From assembly GCA_973895155.1 (NCBI GenBank), contig OZ316899.1, forward strand, positions 10,753,135-10,817,134: a DNA stretch of 64,000 bases. Reading direction: 5' to 3'. Source of the stretch: Marsupella aquatica. Its lineage: Eukaryota > Plantae > Marchantiophyta. The position numbers were made by a program, and so were the translations under genes. The notes under the pieces were generated by a model. That model was not told the DNA's origin and ran no database searches. It was given only the letters and a program-made list of their open reading frames with translations. Shown here piece after piece: positions 8,703 to 18,138 of the stretch (position 1 is the first letter of the stretch; each line of letters begins with the position of its first letter).

Positions 8703-11700
8703 ATACCAAGGGATCGGCATACAAGCCAATTACGAGGGCAGAACAAATTGAGGCCCTATTAGAAGCCGAGAGAGCACAGCGGCCTAACTCTCAGGAGCAA
8801 GAGGTGGATGAGATGGACAGACACGATCCAGAGCCAAGGCAGGAAGGGGAGCCGACCACTAATTCAAAACCGAATAGACCGGTAAGGGGACAATCTATGG
8901 ACACCAAGGAAGGGACCGACTCGGCTAGTCCAGCCGAGATCCCAGTTTATGGAGGTATGAGATTAGAGAGACTGGAAGCCGAACTGGACCCGAATTTGAA
9001 GAAGCAGATTAATATGATCCAAGCACGGCAATATCGGAAGCTCGACTTAGGAGAGGGAAGAGAACTGAACTTAGGGAGAAACCTAGCACCTGAGCTCGAG
9101 AAAGAGATCAGTGACTTATTGATTGAATTTCAGGATGTGTTTGCATGGAGTCACCAAGATCTAAAGGGCGTAGATCCAACACTAGGGGAACATCGAATTG
9201 ATCTCATGTTAGGAGCCAAATCATTTCGACAACCAATTCGAAGGATGAACCCGAAGTATTCCCTGCTGGTCAAAACAGAAATCGACAAACTAGTGGAAGC
9301 TGGATTCATCACTCCAGTCCTGCATTCAGACTGGGTGTCTCCAATTGTGATAGTTCCCAAGAAAGCGGGACCCGATGGTAAAACCAAGATCCGGGTTTGT
9401 CAGGATTACAGGAAGCTGAATGAAGCAACATTAAAAGACCATTTTCCTTTACCGTTTACTGATATGGTACTAGACATGGTAGCCAGTCATGAACTATATT
9501 CATTCATGGATGGATACTCTGGTTATAACCAAATCAGGATTCGGCAGGAAGACCAAATCAAGACGGCCTTCATCACGGAATGGGGGATCTATGTCTTCAA
9601 TCGTATGCCGTTTGGACTCTGCAACGCACCAGCTATGTTCCAACGATTAATGGTGAACATTTTTCATGATTACTTGAGAAAGTTCATGGAAATCTTCATT
9701 GATGACTTTGCAGTATTCGGGAAGGCATCGAAACATGCTAAATACCTCAGGAAAACCTTCATGAGATGTAGGGAGGTGGGTCTCAAGTTACACCCAGATA
9801 AATGTTTTTTTGCCGTAACCGAGGGGGTGCTACTAGGTCACAAGGTATCAAGGAAGGGCATTGAGATTGACAAAGGTAAGCTAGCAGTATGGCTAGATAT
9901 CATGCAACCTAAGAACATAAAGGATGTAAGATCCTTCTTGGGATGCATTGGTTACTATCGCCGGTTCATCAAGGATTTTGCCAAGCTAGCTTTACCATTA
10001 ACCAATATGCTCAAGGCAGGAGCAGACTTCGAACCCACACCCGAACGAGTCACAGCGGTGGTAGAATTGAAGCAGATGTTAGTAGAGGCCCCAGTCATGA
10101 TAGCACCGGACTGGAACAAAGATTTTCATGTTTTTGTAGATGTCTCGGGCTTCTGTATTGGCTCAGTACTAAGTCAGTTGGATGAGAAAGGAAGGGACCA
10201 TCCCATATACTTCGCAAGCCGTCAGCTTGCCGATGCCGAACGGAACTACTCTACCACGGAAAGAGAAGCATTAGGAGTCATTTATTCTTGTAAAAAGTTT
10301 AGGCATTATTTACTAGGGTACAAGGTAATCTTTCATACTGATCATGAAAGTTTGAAGTACCTAGTCAATAAGCCGGACCTTACAGGCAGAGTAGCAAGAT
10401 GGATTTTGCTATTACAGGAGTTTGACTATGAGCTGAGGATCAAGCCGGGAAAGTTACATGCCAATGCCGACTTCTTTTCAAGGATCACAGGTAAACCTGC
10501 CACGGATTGCATCGATGATCGATTCCCCGACGAGGAGCTATTCGTTGTGGAAATAGCTGGTACATGGTACCCTGAGATTTTACAATTTCTCAGCACTTCC
10601 AGATTACAGCCAGGATTAAGCCGAGAGCAAGCCGCAGTCTTTGTGCGGAAGGTCAGACAGTATCAGTGCATTAAAGGCATACTGCACAAGCATGGAAACA
10701 ACGGCACGATTCAAAGGTGTTTGGAGAAGAGAGAGGTAAAACGAGTCCTACGGGCCATGCATGGAGAGGAGGCCGGAGGACATTTTGCCCCAGTAACCAC
10801 GTCTAAGAAGATATTAAATGCCGGTTACTGGTGGCCCACCTTGCACAAAGATGTCTATCAGTTTATCAAACAATGCGATCCTTGTCAACGAGCGGGCGGA
10901 CCAAGGGCGTCCACCAGGCATCCACTGCACCCTATTCTACCTCTGGCACCATTCGAGAAGTGGGGTATTGATTACATTGGACCTCTGAAACCACTGACCC
11001 ACCCTCGACGGAACAAGTACATAATCCTGGCTACGGATTATGCAACTAAATGGGTAGAGGCCAGACCAACAACGAAGGATGATGCAATTACTACGGCTAG
11101 ATTCATGTATGAGCAGATCTTCACCAGGTATGGAGCACCCCTAGAATTAGTTAGTGATAGAGGAACCCATTTTTTGAATGATATAATTAGTCGTTTAAAT
11201 GAGCAGTATTTAGTTAAACATAGGCCTACTACTCCCTACCATCCAAAGGCAAACGGGTTGACAGAACGAGCAAACGGAATCATAGGAAAGATATTGAACA
11301 AGACAGTAGCTCAGAACAAACTCGATTGGGATGATAAATTGTTTGCTGCTGTTTTTGCTTACAATCTGGCCTATAAATCCACTACCGGTCATACACCCTT
11401 CTTCTTAACCTTTGGACAAGAAGCCCTGGTACCCACGCAACTTGAGATACCGACATTTCAAGTTACAATTGAGGAAAGAGCCTCAGCGGAGGAGAGCCTA
11501 AAGGAGCGAGAATATAGGTTAGAAGCTTTAGAGGAAGCGAGAATGATTTCAGCCGAGAGAGTAGAATATAGACAGAATATCATGAAGCAGCAGTATGATA
11601 AAAGGTTAAAAGTAGTTAGTATTCATACCGGTGATCTTGTGCTACTTTATGACAGTAGGTATAGTAGGTTTCCAGGGAAGCTTTACACTCGCTGGTTAGG

Positions 11701-11875
11701 ACCCTTTCGAGTAACCATGATGTTCCCCAATGGCTCCGTGCAATTGGCCAACATTACGGGAGAGGTATATCCAGTTCGCATCCATTATGACCGCCTCAAG
11801 AAATACTATATGGACGAAGATGAAGTTGTTCGCGAGGACGCTTCACAATTAAGTGGGGAGCTATGTGATGCCTAG
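8609..11875 (+). CDS. pol: Pol: reverse transcriptase - RNase H - integrase
   Basis: RT (RVCQDYRKLN, MPFGLCNAP, IFIDDF), RNase H (FVDVSG...EREAL...TDHESL) and integrase (HHCC; WGIDYIG, SDRGTHF, NGLTERAN). The stop codon lies inside the 3' LTR. Confidence 0.96.
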   Translation: MGSSSRDSGFSAGVVAEPAGSTTPSIIGKELNTKGSAYKPITRAEQIEALLEAERAQRPNSQEQEVDEMDRHDPEPRQEGEPTTNSKPNRPVRGQSMDTKEGTDSASPAEIPVYGGMRLERLEAELDPNLKKQINMIQARQYRKLDLGEGRELNLGRNLAPELEKEISDLLIEFQDVFAWSHQDLKGVDPTLGEHRIDLMLGAKSFRQPIRRMNPKYSLLVKTEIDKLVEAGFITPVLHSDWVSPIVIVPKKAGPDGKTKIRVCQDYRKLNEATLKDHFPLPFTDMVLDMVASHELYSFMDGYSGYNQIRIRQEDQIKTAFITEWGIYVFNRMPFGLCNAPAMFQRLMVNIFHDYLRKFMEIFIDDFAVFGKASKHAKYLRKTFMRCREVGLKLHPDKCFFAVTEGVLLGHKVSRKGIEIDKGKLAVWLDIMQPKNIKDVRSFLGCIGYYRRFIKDFAKLALPLTNMLKAGADFEPTPERVTAVVELKQMLVEAPVMIAPDWNKDFHVFVDVSGFCIGSVLSQLDEKGRDHPIYFASRQLADAERNYSTTEREALGVIYSCKKFRHYLLGYKVIFHTDHESLKYLVNKPDLTGRVARWILLLQEFDYELRIKPGKLHANADFFSRITGKPATDCIDDRFPDEELFVVEIAGTWYPEILQFLSTSRLQPGLSREQAAVFVRKVRQYQCIKGILHKHGNNGTIQRCLEKREVKRVLRAMHGEEAGGHFAPVTTSKKILNAGYWWPTLHKDVYQFIKQCDPCQRAGGPRASTRHPLHPILPLAPFEKWGIDYIGPLKPLTHPRRNKYIILATDYATKWVEARPTTKDDAITTARFMYEQIFTRYGAPLELVSDRGTHFLNDIISRLNEQYLVKHRPTTPYHPKANGLTERANGIIGKILNKTVAQNKLDWDDKLFAAVFAYNLAYKSTTGHTPFFLTFGQEALVPTQLEIPTFQVTIEERASAEESLKEREYRLEALEEARMISAERVEYRQNIMKQQYDKRLKVVSIHTGDLVLLYDSRYSRFPGKLYTRWLGPFRVTMMFPNGSVQLANITGEVYPVRIHYDRLKKYYMDEDEVVREDASQLSGELCDA
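8633..8692 (+). promoter_or_regulatory. Candidate -1 programmed ribosomal frameshift signal
   Basis: G GAT TTT (8633-8639) is in the gag-PR reading phase. A 5-nt spacer leads to a perfect 10-bp stem, GGCGTTGTGG (8645-8654) / CCACAACGCC (8670-8679). It lies in the 94-nt overlap where pol is in the -1 frame. Confidence 0.7.
11851..11860 (+). promoter_or_regulatory. Polypurine tract AAGTGGGGAG (within pol coding sequence)
   Basis: Purine-rich run separated by CTA from the TG that starts the 3' LTR at 11864. Confidence 0.8.
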
Positions 11876-14800
11876 ACAGGAATCACTCGGCCGGTTAAGT
11901 GGGTAAAGCAGGAAGGCACCCTAGGAACACCTTAGTATAGTGACAAAACAAGGAAAATATAAACAATTAGGGGCAACCATGGAACCCGGGCAGAGGCCGG
12001 AGGTAAGGCTGAGGGTGAAAACCCGATTAGGGTTAGGGCGCGTTAAGCGTCGGCGGCTAGGAAGGATCAACGGGAAGAAGGACCGGCAGAGGAGAGGGGT
12101 AAGGAGCGCTTGCAGGAGATGGTGGCTCATTTGCGAGCACGAACTAGGCAGACGACTACGGGAGGCCAACTACTGTCAGCTGCTTAGGCAAGCACTCGGG
12201 GAGAGAGTAGATACCGACGATCAACCTAAGGAGGGTATGAGCAACGTCAATCAAGCGGCACATTTCTGGGGATGCCTGTTCGAACGGGCAACTGAGTACA
12301 TCAAGACTTACGAGGACGAGGAGTCAGAAAGGGCAGCTCGAGAACGGCAGGAGCTCGCTCGATTGTGGGAGCTGCAGAAGACGGCTTTCTTAGGAGGCGA
12401 ACTCATCAAGGACGAGTTCCTGTGGACGCCTACTTCCAATCAACTCGGCGATCTTCTGTTTTGCAAGGACAGCGTCGTCGGCATCCGAGAGGCCATCAAG
12501 AACTGCAACGACATACACTGGGAATTAAAGGGTAGCACGGAAAGGTGGACCCAGGCAACGGTGCTAGGAGAAACCTCCACGGCAGCAGAGATGAAGAGGA
12601 AGGGAGCCGTCAACGATGAAGCCACCCCGGCAAAAAGAACGAGGTCGGCGGCACCAAAGAAGCCAGCCGAGCAGCAGAGCAGGAGGCAGGGAGAAGCCGA
12701 AGAGGAGGAGGTCGATCCCATCAAGGCCATTCCAACCAGGGATGACACCTGGAAGGGCTGGGCGGCAACCCTACCGGTGGAGGTGCAACTACATTTTGCA
12801 CGGGAGGAGGATGCATGCTTTACGGCCATGCAGACCAAGAAGTACCAAGGCTTCATGGCCGGATCCGGCTTGGAGGCCTTTGTAAGATTACCATGGCTGA
12901 AGCCGGAGGTACCGGAGTCAGACCTATTAGAATTCGTGGGGTCATGGGAACCCGAGACCAATTGCACGAGGATATATGGGAAGGATTTCTATCTTACTCC
13001 CAAGGTGATTGCCGAAGTGTTTGGCTTGCCGATGGGCAATAAGACCAAAGTTGATACCAGGAAGACCTTGCCTGACAAGGAGTTCCGGTCGTTCCCCGGG
13101 CCATCAACGAAGAATGGCTTCTTCCGGAACACCTGCACCAACCCGCACATAGGAGAGATGATCGACTTCTTGCGGGTGACCATGCATTGTAACTTGCCGA
13201 GGGCAGAGATCGGCAAGGCACAGGTCTATCTGGCAGAAAGGCCAGACCCAAGCCGGGACTACATTGGGTACCTCCTCAACCAATTGAAGAAGATCTTAAA
13301 GGAGGAGCAGCAGGTAATCGGCATGGGGAGCGTGTCGCGGCTTGGCTATCACATGCCGCTGTTGTGCCGGTATGCCAGAGGTCAGACTTTTGCCCCGGTA
13401 CTTCCCCTGCAGGTAAGGGCACCCGAGGAAGCTCCAACACCGAGGCCGTTGGCTGAGAAGCCTCAACCACCTGTTAGTCCTACGATCGAGCAGGTGTTTA
13501 GGCCCAGGAAGGAAGACTTGCCGATGCAGCAACCAGGCATGCAGAGTCTGCTGAAACTACTGGAGAAAGAAAAGAAATCGGCATCGGCAACAACAACGGC
13601 AACGGCAACAATGCAGGACACTACTACAGAGGTAGGCCGACACCGGCTCACAAGAGAAAACCCCTTTGCTGGAGACAAGGAGAGAATCAGGCCGGAATCC
13701 AAGCCAGGTGTTCGAATGTACGTGGGAACCTCAAGCTCCGAATCTGAGGCAGAATTGCCTGAAGCTCCTACCGAGGAAGAGGAGAGGGAGAAGCCGGAAA
13801 TCCAAGAGGTAGAGGAGGCAGTGGAGGACTGCAGCCATGATAATTCCGGCTATGGGTCGGACCATCACGTTCCAGGAGTAAGGACCTGTGGCCGGTTTGT
13901 CCCCACACTTCCAAGGGTAGTGCGAGGGGACCCCAACCAGCAGAGTAGCCCTGAGTCTCCCCCACCAGATGTTGCTCCCCCGAGCTTCGACGGCATAAAA
14001 CAGACGGTGCAGGAATTTCAGGAGCGAATCAAGCAGGAGGAAGAGGCCGCCCTGGCTAAGGAAAAGGATTTACCAGGAGGAGATTGGCCGGAGGACATCA
14101 GGCGGCTAGCCGAAAAAGGAAGCAAACCTCTAGCCACGATTGAAGAGATCCGCAGGACGGCTTGGGAGCAGAGGCCACGATGGGCGATGCCGATCACTTC
14201 TACTTACTCCACCTACGCTAAGAATAGAGCCATGGAGTATGGTGAGATGTGTGGGGAACTTGCGCTCGGCATCTTTGGAGAGGAGTTGGAGGTAGGACCC
14301 TTTTTCCATAGGGAGCAGTTGGAGAAGCACCAATTAGAAGAAGCGGTGGCTTTAGAGAGAAGCAAGAAGGACGAGGTCATTCGGCGGCTTAGGAGGATGG
14401 GAGCCGAGATTGAAGATCTAAGGGCGGCCAAGAAAGCCCAAGATGAACTGCGGATTAAACGACATGAGCTGAACATCATGCAGGGGCAGTTGGACGCCGC
14501 GCAGGCTGATAATCAGAATATCAAGGATAAACTGACTCAGACGCAGGAAGAGTTGGCCGACACGATCAAAGAGAGGGAGAAGTGGAAGCAAGAGCTGAAG
14601 AATACAGAGGAGGCCCACATAACAGCCAACAGCCGGGCCATGGCGGAGACCCAAAGAAAGGAATGGGCGTTGAAAGGGGAGCTCGAGAAAATCCGCGGAG
14701 CCCTTGAGCAGAAGGAGGTCGAGTTAGGGAAATCCTATCAAGGGATTATGGCGCTGCAGCAGGAGCTTGCGTCCCTGACGGCCAGCTTCAAGGCCGACCT

Positions 14801-16489
14801 AAGGGAGAAGGACGAGATGCTCGAACAGACTTACACCAAGATGAACCAGATGGAGTCTGTCATCATTGCAGAGCTCGACAAGGAGCTAAGAGCAACCCAG
14901 GAGGAGAAGGCTACCTTGAAGAAGGAATTGGAGGAAGCCCACAGGGAGCAGGAGGAGGCCAAAAACGAGCTGGAGGGGGCACGTAAGGACCTGGATGAAA
15001 CCCAAGAGGAGTTGGAGGAAATCACGAGGAAGATGGAGAACCTACAGCGGCGGGCCGACAACCAAACAGAGCGGCTGAAGAAACAAGCCACAGTATTTAA
15101 ATGCTTAGTTGCAGCAGGTCCATCTCCTGTTGGGACAAACCAGTTACCAGGGGTGGTAATTGCCGAAGGACAAGCCGCGCCACCTGCACCAGTGCCGGAA
15201 TTAAGTGGGAAGGGGAAGGGACCAGCTGCCGAGCCACCAACGAAGAAGAAGCGGAAACCTTCAGGGTCAAGGAGTAATACGACTTCACAGGCCGTGGTGA
15301 TCAAGGAGGTAGACCCAGCACCGACCCCAGACAGGGTCACGGCTAAGGATCCAACTACCCTAGGGGAAGGGGAAGCCGAAGCCGAGGGAGTGGCTGAGGC
15401 CGAAGCCGTGGGTATTGCCGAGGCCGGTGTCGAGGCTGAAGCCGAAGGTGGACCCAGTCAGGCCGAGGGAGAGTTGACTCAGTCAAGGGCAGGTAATCTG
15501 TCAGTAGGCGGGCCAACGGCAGTGGCTGAGGAGGAAGTGTTGGGGGCGTCCATTGAGGATCCACCACCGGTGTCGTGACGGTGCAAGGGCGCCGTTCCTT
15601 TTAGGGAGGGCGGACGTGGAGGGAGGAGGCGTGAGTGGGCAGGGCGGGCGCGGATCTCCACGTTTAGGATTAGGATCAGAACCAGGAGCGGCCCTGACAC
15701 TTAGCTTAGTGGGATTGCGGTCCCACTGGTAGGAGCAACACTTGTGCTCCTGCCTTGCTGTACATAGGTAGATTCGGGCAAGTAGATTACTGTTAAGTAG
15801 ATTAGGCTTACGATGCAAAGAATGGCGGATCCACTACCAGGATAAGTACCTGGGCAGCGGGGAGCTCAGGGCCTCTTCTTTAGCAAGTTTTTAGTTTGCA
15901 CCAGCCGGGCTGGGATCAAGTAGTACGAGAAGCTCTCGGTTAGTCATACAGTGACCCTTGTGTATATTCATGTTTCCTCATGCCTAAGAGCTGAATAGAG
16001 TTGGCCTCACGGCTTAGTTCGCAGAACTTGTGTATGAGATGTACTGTTTGTATGGCAAGTGCATGGTATGACTCAGTCAGAATGAGTCATTTTGCTATTT
16101 GTGTGTCGCATTAACTTGTGTGAAGAGTGCCCACATCAACAGAAGGAAGGAAAGTAAGCAGGGGAGTGAGAGTTGGATGTGTCGAGCTGAGAGAGGTCTT
16201 AGCGGCTTAACCAAGCCTATTGGGGATCATTCCGGCGGCGGAATCCAAACATACCTAACAAGACGGAGGGGAAGACAGGGGAAGGCCTATATTAGGCCGG
16301 CTACGTATCTCATGACCCGATGAAGGATCTGTCCAGTATATGTGTGTAAAATGTTAATAGTAGTAGTAGAAGGTTAGCAGCGTCCCATGCCGCTAAGCCG
16401 CGGAAACGGCCTCGCCAAGCACGAAACCTGCGGGAATCGGCTTGAGCTGGGGGGTTTCTTGGGTTTAGGGAGCCATGGGACGCACCACA
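11864..16489 (+). repeat. 3' LTR of family A (4626 bp)
   Basis: Near-identical to 1014-5639. Five G/A differences found by eye (first-copy positions 1029, 2589, 3044, 3864, 3985). Confidence 0.95.
11940..15578 (+). CDS. Second intact copy of the LTR-encoded protein
   Basis: Same 1212-aa frame as 1090-4728 with two substitutions (Q>R, A>T). Confidence 0.9.
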   Translation: MTKQGKYKQLGATMEPGQRPEVRLRVKTRLGLGRVKRRRLGRINGKKDRQRRGVRSACRRWWLICEHELGRRLREANYCQLLRQALGERVDTDDQPKEGMSNVNQAAHFWGCLFERATEYIKTYEDEESERAARERQELARLWELQKTAFLGGELIKDEFLWTPTSNQLGDLLFCKDSVVGIREAIKNCNDIHWELKGSTERWTQATVLGETSTAAEMKRKGAVNDEATPAKRTRSAAPKKPAEQQSRRQGEAEEEEVDPIKAIPTRDDTWKGWAATLPVEVQLHFAREEDACFTAMQTKKYQGFMAGSGLEAFVRLPWLKPEVPESDLLEFVGSWEPETNCTRIYGKDFYLTPKVIAEVFGLPMGNKTKVDTRKTLPDKEFRSFPGPSTKNGFFRNTCTNPHIGEMIDFLRVTMHCNLPRAEIGKAQVYLAERPDPSRDYIGYLLNQLKKILKEEQQVIGMGSVSRLGYHMPLLCRYARGQTFAPVLPLQVRAPEEAPTPRPLAEKPQPPVSPTIEQVFRPRKEDLPMQQPGMQSLLKLLEKEKKSASATTTATATMQDTTTEVGRHRLTRENPFAGDKERIRPESKPGVRMYVGTSSSESEAELPEAPTEEEEREKPEIQEVEEAVEDCSHDNSGYGSDHHVPGVRTCGRFVPTLPRVVRGDPNQQSSPESPPPDVAPPSFDGIKQTVQEFQERIKQEEEAALAKEKDLPGGDWPEDIRRLAEKGSKPLATIEEIRRTAWEQRPRWAMPITSTYSTYAKNRAMEYGEMCGELALGIFGEELEVGPFFHREQLEKHQLEEAVALERSKKDEVIRRLRRMGAEIEDLRAAKKAQDELRIKRHELNIMQGQLDAAQADNQNIKDKLTQTQEELADTIKEREKWKQELKNTEEAHITANSRAMAETQRKEWALKGELEKIRGALEQKEVELGKSYQGIMALQQELASLTASFKADLREKDEMLEQTYTKMNQMESVIIAELDKELRATQEEKATLKKELEEAHREQEEAKNELEGARKDLDETQEELEEITRKMENLQRRADNQTERLKKQATVFKCLVAAGPSPVGTNQLPGVVIAEGQAAPPAPVPELSGKGKGPAAEPPTKKKRKPSGSRSNTTSQAVVIKEVDPAPTPDRVTAKDPTTLGEGEAEAEGVAEAEAVGIAEAGVEAEAEGGPSQAEGELTQSRAGNLSVGGPTAVAEEEVLGASIEDPPPVS

Positions 16490-17293
16490 TTTTTGGCGCT
16501 AGATGGAGGGGGCATTTCTTAAGCCGTGAGATATGAAGTTAGAACGGAAGCGTAGGTAATGACTGACTTTACGCCGAGGGAAGAAAGAGTGATTCAACGG
16601 GAGAGAGCTCGACTGCAGCAGCTCGCCGGGTGGCATGATACACAGCGACTGAGAGGGGCAGAAAGAGCTGGTAGCTCCAAAACTGGAAGTGGCGTTGAAG
16701 AAGACATACCAGAAGAAGAGTCGGTAAGGAGAAGTGAGTCTCCAACCGACATGGGGGAACCAGAGGCACGGCCAGACGAGAGGCCAGGGACCAGATTGAG
16801 CCAGCGGTCGCGCATACATTACAAGGCATTTCATGGGAGAGGAGATGAGGATCCGGACGAATGGTTGGATGATTTCGAGGGAACCGCTGCAGCAAATGGA
16901 GAATCGGCCATCAAGATGCAGATTCTTCCCGGCCTGTTCAAGGGTGAGGCTAGGCCTTGGTACAGAGCATTAGATGTGGAAGATCAAGCCATCTGGGATA
17001 TCTTCAAAACACTCTTTGTTAAGGAGTTTCGACCCATTGGAACTTCAGAACTAGCAGTGCTGAAGTTGGGACAACTTCGGTTCAAGGAGAACAAATCCTT
17101 CAGGAAGTTCTTGCAACGCTTTTAGAAACTGGTAAGACGTACAAAGACCAATGCATCTGAAGGTATGCAACTTCAATGGTTGGTGAATGCTTTGCCACAG
17201 AAGATGAGTTTTGCAATTAGGAAGGAGAACCCGGAGACTTTAGCCGAAGCAATTAAGGATATTCAATTATACATTAATGCAGATATCACAAGC
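16490..17293 (+). pseudogene. Second, truncated internal region (PBS + 5' gag) continuing after the 3' LTR
   Basis: Copy of 5640-6443 with CAG>TAG at 17123-17125. Identity ends abruptly at 17293. Confidence 0.92.
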
Positions 17294-18138
17294 AGATATC
17301 ACACGTTAATCTTATTTGGTTGCTGCTCTAGAGCCTTTTCATCCAAATTAACGAAAACATGACTACCTCTGTTTAGTATATTTGTCCAAACACGCTGTAG
17401 GATTGGAAGCTCGGTTACTGTGGTGAGAGAGACACCACGGTCCCCCAGGTGCTCTTGATTGCTTCTGACTGTCGTCTCCCCCTCCCCAGTTATAGCACAG
17501 TGCTGCAAATCAGTGCAACAATGATGTGAGCAAATTATTTGTGTCACGTTGATGGGTGGGCGACAGTGGGATAATCGATTAGGCACCAAAGGAACAAAAT
17601 GAAAGAATGCCATAAGGGTGCAATCGGATCTCTCTCGCAAAAATCTGGGAAAAGGCTCTAGTAAGTAGAAACAAGCGGAGCTCCTAGTAGAGAAGGGAAA
17701 ACCTTTAGAAGAGAGCTCAACTCTGTCCTAGTTAGGTGGATTTGCTTTGTTGAGAATGTAATTTTTGGGGAGTTATCCCTACCTTGGTTTGATGTGGATA
17801 AGTCAACTCTTCTTGATGCCTATCGTTGGATTTTTTCTCGTATTTGGTTTTTACACCCTCACGTGTAGATGTGGATATGGCCAATGCTGGCATCATTGAT
17901 CCAGTGATCATTGAGTTGCCAAACAATGATTTCCTTGCATTTCCATACGGCCAAGACAACAAAGTGTACTGGAGTGTGAACGAGTATATAGATTTTTTTA
18001 TCTACCTGGACATGCCTCTCACATTTATTTCCGTATATTGTAAGACCATTGCATTCTTGAAAGAACGTCGTTACTCTTAATTGAAACCGAGTTATATCAC
18101 TTTTGCGCGTTTTCCTTACCAAATATAGCAGCAGAGAA

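Larger units (their letters stand above)
1014..16489 (+). mobile_element. Intact, very young non-chromoviral Ty3/Gypsy LTR retrotransposon (family A) with ~4.6-kb ORF-bearing LTRs
   Basis: Direct repeats at 1014-5639 and 11864-16489 (offset 10850) with TGTGATGC...GCACCACA ends, PBS after the 5' LTR and PPT before the 3' LTR. Domain order gag-PR / RT-RH-INT, with no chromodomain and no second RNase H. Confidence 0.96.

Noticed and set aside
1014-17293. Segmental duplication or assembly artefact instead of LTRs
   Set aside because: PBS and PPT sit at the repeat edges, solo copies have the same ends with TSDs, and the copies differ by point substitutions.
17826-18080. Short host-gene exon
   Set aside because: Looks exon-like, but no family could be recognised.
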